DNA from: an uncultured Clostridia bacterium | Lineage (GTDB): Bacteria; Bacillota; Clostridia; Christensenellales; UBA1242 | Length of the DNA: 57,274 bases | Assembly (NCBI GenBank): GCA_947624105.1 | Contig: CANQIX010000003.1 | Location: 1 to 57,274 of the forward strand | Direction: 5' to 3' | Shown here: positions 27,332 through 37,418 of the stretch, piece by piece | How the letters are laid out: every line of letters starts with the position of its first letter | Position numbering within the stretch: position 1 is the first letter of the stretch | The notes under the pieces: generated by a model | Databases searched by the model: none | What the model was told of the DNA's origin: nothing | The model's input: only the letters and a program-made list of their open reading frames with translations | Translations under genes and position numbers: made by a program

Positions 27332-28354
27332 TTCATACTTTTTAATTATTTCAAAAATCTGCTTATTTGCAGTGTTTTTTGCTATTTTTTTCATCTTTTT
27401 TAGGTATTTTTCTTTATTTTTTAATAAATATTTAATTTTTGCTAGTATTTTGCTGAAGGTAACTTCTTCTTCCTCTACGCATTCAGCAATGCCAAGTTCT
27501 TTAAAGTAATGCGCGTTTTCGATTTGATCTCCACGCGATGCTTTTTTGGAAAGTGGAATAAGCAGCATAAGTTTGTTAAGTGCAAGAAGTTCGTTGATAA
27601 CTCCGCTGCCGGCTCGTGAGATAACAACATCGGCGCGCGCATAAAAGTCTTCAATATTGTCGGCATATTCAACTGCAAGATAATTTTTGTATTTAGGTGT
27701 TGGATTGTTTTTTCCGCAGATATGTAGCACATTGAAATTTTCGGTTAGTTCGTCCAAGTTGTCATAGACAAGTTTGTTTAAAAACTTTGCGCCGGTGCTT
27801 CCGCCAAGAACTAAAAGATATGGTTTAGGACTCTCTAGTCGCAATCTTGCTTTGTTTCCGGCAAATATTTTTTCTCTTATCGGCTGACCGGTGTAAACAC
27901 ATTTTTTGCTTGTTTTTGCTGTCTTTAAAAAGGCAGTGCACATCACTTTGCAGTAGTGTAAAATTATTTTGTTTGCAAGGCCGAGCGATAAATCACTCTC
28001 GTGGCTTATTAGGGGAGTGTGAGTTTTTCTTGTTGCTATTGCCACCGGAACGGCGACAAATCCGCCCTTTGAAAAGACGACGTTTGGCTGAATTTCTTTT
28101 AAGATTTCTTTGCAAATTTTAATCGACTTTGAAAGTTTGAATGGTATAAGCAGATTTTTTAGCGTCAAACGCCTTTCAAGTTTTACCGTTGGAATTTCGT
28201 GATAAATGATTTTTGGATATTGTTTTAATATATCTTTCTCCATTCCGCTTCCGCCGATGTAGTGAATTTCATAGTCTTTAAAGTTGTCTATTAACGCAAG
28301 TGCTGGATAGACGTGGCCTGCCGTTCCGCCTCCAGTAAATACAATCTTTTTCAT
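27320..28354 (-). CDS. murG: Undecaprenyl-PP-MurNAc-pentapeptide GlcNAc transferase
   Basis: TGGGTAGHVYP, SKGGFVAVP, HESD, LGGSTGA, SRAG, DQIENA. Confidence 0.95.
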   Translation of the reverse strand: MKKIVFTGGGTAGHVYPALALIDNFKDYEIHYIGGSGMEKDILKQYPKIIYHEIPTVKLERRLTLKNLLIPFKLSKSIKICKEILKEIQPNVVFSKGGFVAVPVAIATRKTHTPLISHESDLSLGLANKIILHYCKVMCTAFLKTAKTSKKCVYTGQPIREKIFAGNKARLRLESPKPYLLVLGGSTGAKFLNKLVYDNLDELTENFNVLHICGKNNPTPKYKNYLAVEYADNIEDFYARADVVISRAGSGVINELLALNKLMLLIPLSKKASRGDQIENAHYFKELGIAECVEEEEVTFSKILAKIKYLLKNKEKYLKKMKKIAKNTANKQIFEIIKKYELNT

Positions 28355-28549
28355 ATATACCTTTATTATGTTTTTTGTCTGTCTTTTGCTATTTTGATAG
28401 TTTGTTAAATATGTATATTATTTCTATTTTCTGCATAAATATGCACGCATTAACCTCGCTTTAAACTTTAAGCAAATCGGCAAAATCATTTTTTTATTTT
28501 TTTTGTTTATGATATAATCTTAAAGTAAATTAATATATTTGAGGGCTCT

Positions 28550-30502
28550 ATGAAAGAAAAGACTTATGGATCAAAAGATATCGTTGTGCTTGAAGGACTT
28601 GAGGCAGTTCGTCTGCGTCCTGGTATGTATATTGGAACGACAAGTTCGCGCGGATATCACCACATACTTTGGGAGATTGTCGACAACTCCATCGATGAGA
28701 TATCAAATGGCTACGGCGATACCATTAAAATAACCCTAAACAAAGACGGAAGTGCCACCGTTGAAGATAACGGAAGAGGTATTCCTGTTGATATGCACCC
28801 AACACTTAAAAAGAGTGGTGTTGAAGTTGTTTATACCACCCTTCACGCAGGCGGAAAATTTGACACAAACAACTATAAGTTTTCCGGCGGACTTCACGGC
28901 GTTGGAGCGTCTGTTACAAACGCTTTGTCAAAGTGGTGTAATGTTACTGTGTGTAGAGGAAAGAAAAAGTATTACATCGAATTTCATTCCTATCAAGACG
29001 AAAGCGGAAAATGGCATAGCGGTGTGCCTGTTGCACCATTAAAAGAGATTGGCCCAGCAACCACAACCGGAACAAGTGTAACATTCTTGCCAGACCCAGC
29101 GGTGTTTGGTGAGCAGAGTTTTAGTTATGATGTTGTTACAAGGCGTGCAAGAGAACTTGCCTTTTTAAATAAAGGACTTAGAATCATTGTGCGCGATGAA
29201 CTCACAGACGAAACAACCGAATATCACTATGAGGGTGGAATCAGCGACTTTGCAAAATATCTTGTAGAAGGGAAGAATCCTCTCTACAAAGAACCAGTAT
29301 ACTTTAAGGCAGAAAGCAAGATTTTGTCGGTTGAGGTAAGTTTTATTCACACAGACTCCTACACCGAAAGCACTTTCTCCTTTGTAAACAACATTCCAAC
29401 CACTGAGGGCGGAATGCACGAAACCGGATTTAAGTCTGCTTTTACAAAAGTGTTTAACGACTATGCGCGTCAAAACAATATGCTTAAAGACAAAGAAGTC
29501 AACCTTATGGGCGAGGACTTTAGAGAAGGCATCATTGCGATAATCAACTTAAAAATGAACAATGTGCAGTTTGAAGGGCAGACAAAGACAAAACTTGGCA
29601 ATATAGAAGCAAAAACCGAAGTTGAAAACCTATCCACCATTGAACTAAGCAAGATACTAGCAGACAAGAAGAATACAACAATTGCAGAGATTGTTATTAA
29701 CAAGGCTAAGCAGGCGGCAAAAGTAAGACTTGCAGCGAAGAAGGCAAAAGAACTTACTAGAGCAAAATCAAATGCTGAAAACTTTAACCTTGTTGGAAAA
29801 CTTGCAGCATCAACTTCGAGAAACAGCGAAAAGAACGAACTCTTTATCGTAGAGGGCGATAGTGCGGGCGGAAGCGCTAAGCAAGGACGTAATCGTATGT
29901 TCCAAGCAGTGCTTCCATTAAGAGGTAAACCATTAAACGCAGAGAAAAAGCGTGTCGATCAGGTGCTTGCAAACGAGGAAATAAGAACGATTATTTCGGC
30001 TCTTGACACCGGCTTTGGCGAGGACTTTGACTTATCCTCATTGAAATATAACAAGGTGATTATCTTGTCCGATGCCGACCAAGATGGTGCGCACATAAGG
30101 GCGATCCTGCTTACATTCTTCTTTAGATATATGAGAGAACTGATAACAGACGGACACGTCTATATTGGACTTCCACCACTTTATAAGGTGTATAAGAAGG
30201 ACTATGAAAAATACGTATACAGCGACTATGAACTTGCTGATGCAGTTAAAGCAGCAGGGAAAGGCTATATGATTCAAAGATACAAAGGGCTTGGAGAGAT
30301 GAATCCAGAGCAACTTTGGGAAACTACTATGGACCCAGATAAGCGAACGCTGATTCAAGTTACCCTTGAAGACGCAGCGGAGGCGGAAAAGTTAATAACG
30401 ATTCTTATGGGCGATGCAATAGAAGACAGAAAGGCGTATATCAACGAACACGCCAACTTCGACAGAGAAGATACCTTTATGAAGGAGTATAAGAACATCT
30501 AA
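28550..30502 (+). CDS. parE: Type II topoisomerase B subunit (probably topoisomerase IV ParE)
   Basis: [45 protein letters not shown]; the partner A subunit lacks a GyrA-box. Confidence 0.8.
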   Translation: MKEKTYGSKDIVVLEGLEAVRLRPGMYIGTTSSRGYHHILWEIVDNSIDEISNGYGDTIKITLNKDGSATVEDNGRGIPVDMHPTLKKSGVEVVYTTLHAGGKFDTNNYKFSGGLHGVGASVTNALSKWCNVTVCRGKKKYYIEFHSYQDESGKWHSGVPVAPLKEIGPATTTGTSVTFLPDPAVFGEQSFSYDVVTRRARELAFLNKGLRIIVRDELTDETTEYHYEGGISDFAKYLVEGKNPLYKEPVYFKAESKILSVEVSFIHTDSYTESTFSFVNNIPTTEGGMHETGFKSAFTKVFNDYARQNNMLKDKEVNLMGEDFREGIIAIINLKMNNVQFEGQTKTKLGNIEAKTEVENLSTIELSKILADKKNTTIAEIVINKAKQAAKVRLAAKKAKELTRAKSNAENFNLVGKLAASTSRNSEKNELFIVEGDSAGGSAKQGRNRMFQAVLPLRGKPLNAEKKRVDQVLANEEIRTIISALDTGFGEDFDLSSLKYNKVIILSDADQDGAHIRAILLTFFFRYMRELITDGHVYIGLPPLYKVYKKDYEKYVYSDYELADAVKAAGKGYMIQRYKGLGEMNPEQLWETTMDPDKRTLIQVTLEDAAEAEKLITILMGDAIEDRKAYINEHANFDREDTFMKEYKNI

Positions 30503-30516
30503 AAGGCGAGAGGTTT

Positions 30517-33333
30517 ATGGACGATAGAGAAGACGAGGAACTTAATAAACCACTGCCAGGGCAAATGCGATATGATGAACTTCTTTTTCAAGAAACAAAT
30601 GAGGAAGAAGAGGAAGATAAGCATACCGTTGCACCCGGGCAACTTGATCTATGGTCGATAGAAAAACCTAAGGAAAATAAACCTCCCCAAAAGGAAGAAA
30701 AAACAAAGCCACCTAAAGAAATAGAAGAAAAGGTTAGAAAAGAGAATACAAAAGAATTAGAGCCGCCTAAGACAAAAATTTTAAACCGAGTTACACCTAA
30801 AAAGGCGGAAGAGAAAGAAAGCGTTAAAGAGGCAGAAGAGCCGACTTTAAGCGCAGAAGAAAATATTTTAGACGAAGAAGAAACGACAACTTACGAAACA
30901 GACAAAGTTGAAAACGAAAACAACAGAAAAGAAGAGAGATTTATGGGAAACAATACAGGATTTTATGGAGATGGCGGAAGCGGAATACTTACAAAAACAT
31001 TGGGCGAAGTTTTACACGACTCAATGATTCCATACACCGAAATGGTCGTTATGGACAGAGCGTTGCCAAGAGTGGAAGATGGACTTAAACCGGTTCAACG
31101 CCGTATCTTATATTCGATGCTTGAACTTGGACTTTCTCCAGACAAGCCATACAGAAAATCGGCAAGAATTGTCGGCGATTGTATGGGTAAATATCACCCA
31201 CACGGCGACTCTTCAGTTTATGATGCAATGGTTAGACTTTCGCAAGATTTCGTTTTAAGAGCGCCACTTGTTGACGGACACGGAAACTTTGGTTCGGTCG
31301 ATGGCGACAGTGCTGCTGCTATGCGTTACACCGAGGCAAGACTTACCCCTCTTGCAATGGAAATGCTAAGGGATCTTGAAAAAGATACGGTAAGATGGGG
31401 ATTAAACTTTGATGACACCTTAAAAGAACCAGAACTTCTTCCAGGGCGCTTTCCAAACCTCTTAGTCAACGGAACGTCTGGTATTGCAGTTGGCGTTGCA
31501 ACAAACATTCCTCCTCACAACTTAGGGGAGACGATAGACGGCGTTGTGGCATACATCAACAACGAAAAAATCACTCTTGATGAGATGATGAAAATTATAA
31601 AAGGACCAGACTTTCCAACAGGAGGAGAGCTTATTTTGTCTGGACTTCGCAGTGCGTATGAAACCGGGAAGGGCAAGATTATCATAAGAGCGAAAGCGAA
31701 GATTGAAGATGTGGGAGATAGACAAAATTTGGTTATTACCGAACTTCCATATCAAGTAAATAAATCACAACTTTTGCAAAAAATTGCCGAATTAAAGGAA
31801 AAAGAAAAGGATAAATACTCTGATATCAGTGAAATTCGTGATGAAAGCGACAGAAGTGGTATGCGTGCTGTTATCAAACTTAAAAAGGGTGCAAAGGCAA
31901 AGAAAATCTTTGATATGCTGTGCAAAAACACCAATTTAGAGGTTTCATTCAGCATAAATATGGTTGCTATTGCCGGCGGAAAGCCAAGACTTATGGGATT
32001 GCTTGATATCATATCTTATTACGCAAACTTCCAAAGAGAAGTGATTGTAAGAAGAACTAAGTTTGATTTAGATGTTGCAAAAGATAGAGCGCACATCATT
32101 GAAGGGCTTTTGATTGCGATAAAAAATATCGATGCTGTTATTAAGATAATCAAAACATCACAAAGCGTAGGCGAGGCAAAGACAAGATTAAGAGAGAAAT
32201 TTAACCTCTCCGAAAAACAGGCTCAGGCGATTTTGGATATGAGGCTTGCGCGCCTTGTAAATCTTGAAGTAAACAAACTTGAAGAAGAATTAAAAGAACT
32301 TAAAGCAAAAATTAAAGAACTTGAGGCGATACTTGGCTCTAAAAAACTTCAATACGAAGTTGTAAAGAAAGAAATGCTTGAAATTAAAAAATGCTATGCA
32401 ACTCCTAGACGCAGTTTTGAAACGAGCGAAGAAATCGTTTTAAAGAAGGCAGACGAAGTTGAAGAGGCAAAGGAATATTACGTTTTGATTTCTGCCGGAA
32501 AGACAATCAAAAGAGTAAATATGACCAACTACTCTAAGTCGACAAGAACGATTGGTGATGGCTCGACTCTGCTTGATGTTATCACAACAAAGTTCAAACT
32601 AAAATCGACCGACAACATACTTATTATCACCGAAAAAGGTATGTGCATAAAGACGACTGTCGACAAGATTCCAGAGTGCAAGTGGAGAGAAAAGGGCGCA
32701 GCACTTAAACAAATTGACAAAAATGTCGATATTATGGACGCTCCAGTTGCCATTGTTGCTCTGCCAGCACAAGAAATCTTTATATACACCGAACAGGGAA
32801 ATGTAAAGCGTTCTACCGGCGAAAATATGGTTGTTGCAAAGTCATATTATCAAGTGATAAAACTTGCCGAAAACGACAAAGTTATCGGTGCAGAGGCCGA
32901 CATCAAAGGAACGAGAATTTTGATGTTTAGCAAGAGCGGAAGTTGCGTCAACTTTGAAAAGAGCGAAGTTTCCGTTCAAGGCAGAATCGCCGCCGGAGTA
33001 AAGGGCATCAACATTGACGCAAAAGATGTTGTTGTGTTTGCCGGACAAAGCGACTTTGAAAATGCAACTGTTGTTACTGACAATGGCTACATCAAGAAGT
33101 TTGCAGTCAGCGAGATTGCACCTACCGGAAGAAACAAGAAGGGGTTAAAATATATCAACTTTGAAGGCGGAAAGGCGGTCAAATTTGTTGGAAAAGAAGA
33201 TAAAGTTGCAATCGACTTAGGACTTAAATTTAAACTTGTCGAAACGAAAAAACTTGCCGTTTCAAAGAGATTGGCAACAGGCGAACAGGAAGTTAAAGGA
33301 AAGATTTTAGGCGTTTATCCATTTGAAGACTGA
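30517..33333 (+). CDS. parC: Type II topoisomerase A subunit (probably ParC) with long acidic N-terminal extension
   Basis: [28 protein letters not shown] (catalytic Tyr); no QRRGGKG GyrA-box at the start of the CTD. Confidence 0.8.
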   Translation: MDDREDEELNKPLPGQMRYDELLFQETNEEEEEDKHTVAPGQLDLWSIEKPKENKPPQKEEKTKPPKEIEEKVRKENTKELEPPKTKILNRVTPKKAEEKESVKEAEEPTLSAEENILDEEETTTYETDKVENENNRKEERFMGNNTGFYGDGGSGILTKTLGEVLHDSMIPYTEMVVMDRALPRVEDGLKPVQRRILYSMLELGLSPDKPYRKSARIVGDCMGKYHPHGDSSVYDAMVRLSQDFVLRAPLVDGHGNFGSVDGDSAAAMRYTEARLTPLAMEMLRDLEKDTVRWGLNFDDTLKEPELLPGRFPNLLVNGTSGIAVGVATNIPPHNLGETIDGVVAYINNEKITLDEMMKIIKGPDFPTGGELILSGLRSAYETGKGKIIIRAKAKIEDVGDRQNLVITELPYQVNKSQLLQKIAELKEKEKDKYSDISEIRDESDRSGMRAVIKLKKGAKAKKIFDMLCKNTNLEVSFSINMVAIAGGKPRLMGLLDIISYYANFQREVIVRRTKFDLDVAKDRAHIIEGLLIAIKNIDAVIKIIKTSQSVGEAKTRLREKFNLSEKQAQAILDMRLARLVNLEVNKLEEELKELKAKIKELEAILGSKKLQYEVVKKEMLEIKKCYATPRRSFETSEEIVLKKADEVEEAKEYYVLISAGKTIKRVNMTNYSKSTRTIGDGSTLLDVITTKFKLKSTDNILIITEKGMCIKTTVDKIPECKWREKGAALKQIDKNVDIMDAPVAIVALPAQEIFIYTEQGNVKRSTGENMVVAKSYYQVIKLAENDKVIGAEADIKGTRILMFSKSGSCVNFEKSEVSVQGRIAAGVKGINIDAKDVVVFAGQSDFENATVVTDNGYIKKFAVSEIAPTGRNKKGLKYINFEGGKAVKFVGKEDKVAIDLGLKFKLVETKKLAVSKRLATGEQEVKGKILGVYPFED

Positions 33334-33343
33334 GATAAAAATT

Positions 33344-33375
33344 AAGGAGGTGCTTTTAAAGGCATCTCTTTTTTT
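33344..33375 (+). terminator. Intrinsic terminator
   Basis: gaggtgctt/aggcatctc hairpin plus T tract. Confidence 0.6.
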
Positions 33376-33505
33376 GTTCTAATTTTTTAGTTGCAAAAAT
33401 AGGTTATATTGTGATTCGACAAAAGAGTATATACTTCGTAACTTTTAAAAACGATTTTCTTTTGCCGAAATTTTAATATTTAGTAATATTTTTAGTGAGG
33501 TTTGT

Positions 33506-34267
33506 ATGCATTTTTGCGTTCTCAAATCTAAAACAATCAAATTTGTTTTGTGCATCGCTTTGGTCGTTTTGCTTTTAAGTCTGTCGATAGACGGTTCAAC
33601 TTCTGCGCAGGTTTATCTTGGTTATGCTCCACGTCGAGTGCCAATATACGGAGTTGATACGGCGGAAAAGCAAGTTGCAATTTCATTTGATGCCGCTTGG
33701 GGTGCTGATAAAACGGAGAAAATTTTGGATATCTTAGATGAATTTGATGTGGGTGCAACTTTCTTTTTGGTTGGCATTTGGATAGACGAATATCCTGACC
33801 TTGTAAAGGAGATTGATGCGCGCGGATATGAGATTGGAACACACTCAAATTCGCACCCGGATATGTCTAAGATAGATAAAGACACAATGAAAAAGGAACT
33901 TCAAACATCGATTTCCAAACTCGAAAACATCACAGGTAAAAAAGTTAAACTCTTTAGGCCTCCATTTGGCGCATATAACAATGCACTTATTGATGTTGCG
34001 GACAATTTGGGACTTAAAACGATACAGTGGTCGATTGACACGCTGGATTGGAAAGGAATAAGCGCCAAAGAGATATGTTCAAGAGTGGAAAGCAAATTGC
34101 ACAGCGGAGCAATCATCTTGATGCACAACAACAGCGACAACATCTTAGACGGCTTAAGGCTTGTGCTTACAACGATACAAAACAAGGGTTATAGGGTTAC
34201 AAGCATAGGAGACCTTGTCTACGAAACGAATTACACGATAGATCAAAATGGCATACAGCACCAATAA
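33506..34267 (+). CDS. pdaB: Polysaccharide deacetylase (sporulation PdaB-like)
   Basis: N-terminal TM, ISFDAAWG, HSNSH, FRPPFG, DTLDW, ILMHN; TTCGACA 0A box at 33415-33421 upstream. Confidence 0.75.
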   Translation: MHFCVLKSKTIKFVLCIALVVLLLSLSIDGSTSAQVYLGYAPRRVPIYGVDTAEKQVAISFDAAWGADKTEKILDILDEFDVGATFFLVGIWIDEYPDLVKEIDARGYEIGTHSNSHPDMSKIDKDTMKKELQTSISKLENITGKKVKLFRPPFGAYNNALIDVADNLGLKTIQWSIDTLDWKGISAKEICSRVESKLHSGAIILMHNNSDNILDGLRLVLTTIQNKGYRVTSIGDLVYETNYTIDQNGIQHQ

Positions 34268-34284
34268 AATATAAGGAGAAATTT

Positions 34285-34926
34285 ATGGAATACAACAATA
34301 ACGAGCAAAACAACACTGCAACAATAGCAGGAACGGTCGCATCGCTTCCAAAACTATCGCACCAGACAGAGGGAGAAAACTTTTTGGAATTTCAAGTTGG
34401 CGTTGAAAGGTTGTCAAAGACGCAAGATTTGATACCGGTTATGGTGAGCGAACGTTCGATAATCGATGGAGGAATCAATATAGGCGACAAACTGCTTTTA
34501 AAGGGACAATATCGAAGTCATAACAAAAGCACAGAGTTTAAAAGCAAACTTCTTCTGCACTTTTTTGCAAAAGATATTTATAGGGCAACAGATGAGCAGA
34601 TAAACGAAGTTAAACTCACCGGATTTATATGCAAAACGCCGATCTACCGAAAGACTCCTTTTGACAGAGAGATTTGTGATGTGCTACTTGCCGTTAACAG
34701 AGCAAAATATCATCGCTCAGACTATATTCCGTGCATACTTTGGGGAAGAAACGCCCGATTTGTTTCCACTTTGCCGGTTGGAAGCAAGTTGACTTTGGAG
34801 GGAAGAATACAGTCGAGAATATACACAAAAACGCTCGACTCTGGAGAAACTGAAGAGCGAACTGCGTATGAGGTGTCGTGCCACAAAGTCGTTCAACAAG
34901 AAGATCAGCAAGACGCTGCACTGTAA
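34285..34926 (+). CDS. ssb: Single-stranded DNA-binding protein with two OB folds
   Basis: Two OB units (NTATIAG...GQYRS and NEVKLTGFIC...YRKTP...DYIPCILWGRNA...EGRIQSR). Confidence 0.85.
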   Translation: MEYNNNEQNNTATIAGTVASLPKLSHQTEGENFLEFQVGVERLSKTQDLIPVMVSERSIIDGGINIGDKLLLKGQYRSHNKSTEFKSKLLLHFFAKDIYRATDEQINEVKLTGFICKTPIYRKTPFDREICDVLLAVNRAKYHRSDYIPCILWGRNARFVSTLPVGSKLTLEGRIQSRIYTKTLDSGETEERTAYEVSCHKVVQQEDQQDAAL

Positions 34927-35041
34927 TTATTTTTATTAAGATAAATTAGCATAAAAATTGTATCATTTTTTGTGATGCAATTTTTTATTTAAGGATAACT
35001 AACGAAATTTGTCGAAAATATGCGAAATTTTCCATTATTGT

Positions 35042-35070
35042 TTGTCTTTTTTCTATATATTTGATAAAAT
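35042..35070 (+). promoter_or_regulatory. Sigma-A promoter, likely leaderless mRNA
   Basis: TTGTCT-17 bp-(TGa)TAAAAT-6 bp-ATG with no SD; TGTCGAA 0A box at 35010-35016. Confidence 0.65.
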
Positions 35071-35076
35071 ACAACT

Positions 35077-35658
35077 ATGGGATTTGAAATTAAAATTATA
35101 GAATTTTTGCAAGGTGGAAGAACTCCATTCTTCGATATGTCGTTCCAAGTGATATCACTTTTGGGGTCTTATATGGGCGTGATACTTGCGCTTGGAATTT
35201 TTCTTTTGTTTAAGCCAAAACTTGCACTATGGTATTCCGGCACTTACGCAGTTACCTTCTTGCTGTATAACATAATAAAGGAGTTGGTTGAAAGGGTAAG
35301 ACCTTACAATGCAACCGACACAATAATAAGCATAGGCGACAAAGTTACGTCGTTTAGTATGCCAAGTGGCCACGCGGTTACGGCGTGTATGACTGCAATA
35401 TTTATGGGAGTGTTCTTGTTTTCAATGTATAAAGGAAAGTTTGCAAGAACAATCGTTACACTTTCGATGATTATGTATGTCTTTTTAGTAGGTTTGTCGC
35501 GTATGTATCTTGGCAAACATTACTTAACTGATGTTCTAGCAGGAATCCTTCTTGCTAGTGCGATTTCTGTTATATTTATTTTGATTATGAAAGCATACAA
35601 CAAAAGGAGAGCCAAATATGAAGATCAAAACAGAGACACACAGCCTAGAGGAGACTGA
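35077..35658 (+). CDS. PAP2-family membrane phosphatase
   Basis: KELVERVRP, SMPSGH, SRMYLGKHYLTDV. Confidence 0.92.
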   Translation: MGFEIKIIEFLQGGRTPFFDMSFQVISLLGSYMGVILALGIFLLFKPKLALWYSGTYAVTFLLYNIIKELVERVRPYNATDTIISIGDKVTSFSMPSGHAVTACMTAIFMGVFLFSMYKGKFARTIVTLSMIMYVFLVGLSRMYLGKHYLTDVLAGILLASAISVIFILIMKAYNKRRAKYEDQNRDTQPRGD

Positions 35659-36052
35659 TTCCCTTGCAAAAGCGTTTAGCAAGGTTGTTTCTGCGCCAAT
35701 GGTAATTCTTTTGAATGGCGACTTAGGAAGTGGGAAAACGACCTTTGTTAAAAGTCTAGCAAAATATCTTGGAAGTGGCGACCTTGTAACAAGCCCAACT
35801 TTCACCCTTTTAAACATCTATAACGCCAGCGTGCCAATTTATCATTTTGATATGTATCGTTTGTCGTCTATGGAAGAGGCGTATGCTGTTGGTTTTGAAG
35901 AGTATTTTGATAAGTCAAAGTTAGATGGTGTGTGCCTTGTTGAATGGGCAGAAAATGTTGACGGACTTATAAAAGATGTAGATTATGTAATAAATATCAC
36001 AAAAAAAGATGATTTTACACGTATATTTGAAATTTTAGAGGAGAAAAAATAA
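35618..36052 (+). CDS. tsaE: tRNA threonylcarbamoyladenosine biosynthesis ATPase
   Basis: GDLGSGKTT, VTSPTF, YHFDMYRL, VEWAE. Confidence 0.95.
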   Translation: MKIKTETHSLEETDSLAKAFSKVVSAPMVILLNGDLGSGKTTFVKSLAKYLGSGDLVTSPTFTLLNIYNASVPIYHFDMYRLSSMEEAYAVGFEEYFDKSKLDGVCLVEWAENVDGLIKDVDYVINITKKDDFTRIFEILEEKK

Positions 36053-36681
36053 TGTTGCTTGCAATAAACACTGCCTTTCTTTCTGCCAATGTTGGAATGT
36101 GTGTTGACGGAAAGGACTATGCCAAAACAGTTGATGCAAAAAGTAAGCACGCCGAAATTGTTTTAAAAACGATTGATGAATTGTGCGAAGAAAGTAAGAC
36201 TCCTATCAGTCAATTAAAGAAACTTTACGTTGTTGTTGGGCCGGGTTCTTTCACAGGAATAAGAATAGGCGTTTCGATTGCCAAAGGGCTTGGGGCGGTA
36301 AATAAAAATTTAATGGTGTATCCAGTATCTTCTCTTGACCTTATTGCATATATTTATCAAAGCAAGAAGAAAGAAGATATAACCGTTGTTTTAGATGCGC
36401 ATTCAAATTTGTTTTTCGTTGCAGACTATGACAAAAACGGCAAAAAAATCACCGAAGAAAAACTTGTTGAAAGAGAATATTTGGATTCTATCAAAAATAA
36501 AATTGTTTGCTTAAATGGCGATTTTTCACTAAAAAATGCAGAAAATATCGATATTTCGACCGAAAATTTGCTAAATTTTGCAAAAAACAGCAAAATCGAA
36601 GGAATTGCAGCAGAGAAAGTTGTTCCGGTTTACATTCGTCCATCGCAAGCAGATCCAATTTTAAAGGCAAATAAAAACTAA
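36052..36681 (+). CDS. tsaB: t6A biosynthesis protein TsaB
   Basis: LAINTA, GPGSFTGIRIG, PVYIRPSQA; coupled to tsaE. Confidence 0.92.
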   Translation: MLLAINTAFLSANVGMCVDGKDYAKTVDAKSKHAEIVLKTIDELCEESKTPISQLKKLYVVVGPGSFTGIRIGVSIAKGLGAVNKNLMVYPVSSLDLIAYIYQSKKKEDITVVLDAHSNLFFVADYDKNGKKITEEKLVEREYLDSIKNKIVCLNGDFSLKNAENIDISTENLLNFAKNSKIEGIAAEKVVPVYIRPSQADPILKANKN

Positions 36682-36733
36682 TTTTCCGCTTTAAAATATT
36701 TGATGAATAATTCAATTTTTTTAAGAAAAATAG

Positions 36734-36762
36734 TTGACAACGATTTTTAGAATATGTAGAAT
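36734..36762 (+). promoter_or_regulatory. Sigma-A promoter
   Basis: TTGACA-17 bp-TAGAAT. Confidence 0.75.
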
Positions 36763-36788
36763 ATTAGCAGTTTTTAAACGGAGGATAT

Positions 36789-37295
36789 ATGAAAAAACCT
36801 GTTTATATAAGATGCCCAAGATGTGAACTTAATTACATCGAAAAGAAAGAAAAACTTTGCAGTGTTTGTAAAGCAGAACTTTCTGCAAAGAAAGAAGAGT
36901 ATACAAGCGACTTAGATCTTGAACTTTGCCCTATCTGCAAAACAAATTATATAACTGCTGACGAAATTATGTGCGCAACTTGTTTAAAAGAACATCAAAC
37001 GGAAGATGGCGAACTTAATGCCGACTGGGAAGATTATGTTAACCGCGATGAAGAGGAGATTGTTGATGACGATGAAGAAACTGGCGATATGGTAAGTATC
37101 ACAGATATCGACCACGCTGATTCTCTTGACGATGACATTGATTCGGAGATTGGCTTTGACGCCTCGCTTGATGACGATCTTGACGAAGAACTCGACGGAC
37201 TTGATTTTGAAGACGATCTTGATGAGGACGACTTAGACGAAGATGAAGAAGATGATGAAGAATCTGATGATGAGGACGATGACGACGATTTCTAA
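36789..37295 (+). CDS. Hypothetical protein: double zinc ribbon plus very acidic tail
   Basis: CPRC..CSVC and CPIC..CATC, then a D/E-dominated C-terminal half; GGAGG RBS, own promoter and terminator. Confidence 0.8.
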   Translation: MKKPVYIRCPRCELNYIEKKEKLCSVCKAELSAKKEEYTSDLDLELCPICKTNYITADEIMCATCLKEHQTEDGELNADWEDYVNRDEEEIVDDDEETGDMVSITDIDHADSLDDDIDSEIGFDASLDDDLDEELDGLDFEDDLDEDDLDEDEEDDEESDDEDDDDDF

Positions 37296-37318
37296 TTTTT
37301 GCTAATTCACTTTAACAT

Positions 37319-37346
37319 AAATAGGGAGCGAGGCTTCCTATTTTTT
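37319..37346 (+). terminator. Intrinsic terminator
   Basis: aaatagggagc-gag-gcttcctattttt. Confidence 0.75.
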
Positions 37347-37418
37347 GTTGATATAAGATATATAATCACTTGCGTTTTTTAAATGAGTTTGTTAAAATAT
37401 TACGTATTAGGAGATAAA

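Noticed and set aside
28550-33333. DNA gyrase gyrB/gyrA call
   Set aside because: No GyrA-box and no dnaA/dnaN/recF context; topoisomerase IV is preferred, though not proven without a phylogeny.
37347-37418. T-box leader for alaS
   Set aside because: Too short and no AGGGTGGNACC T-box sequence.
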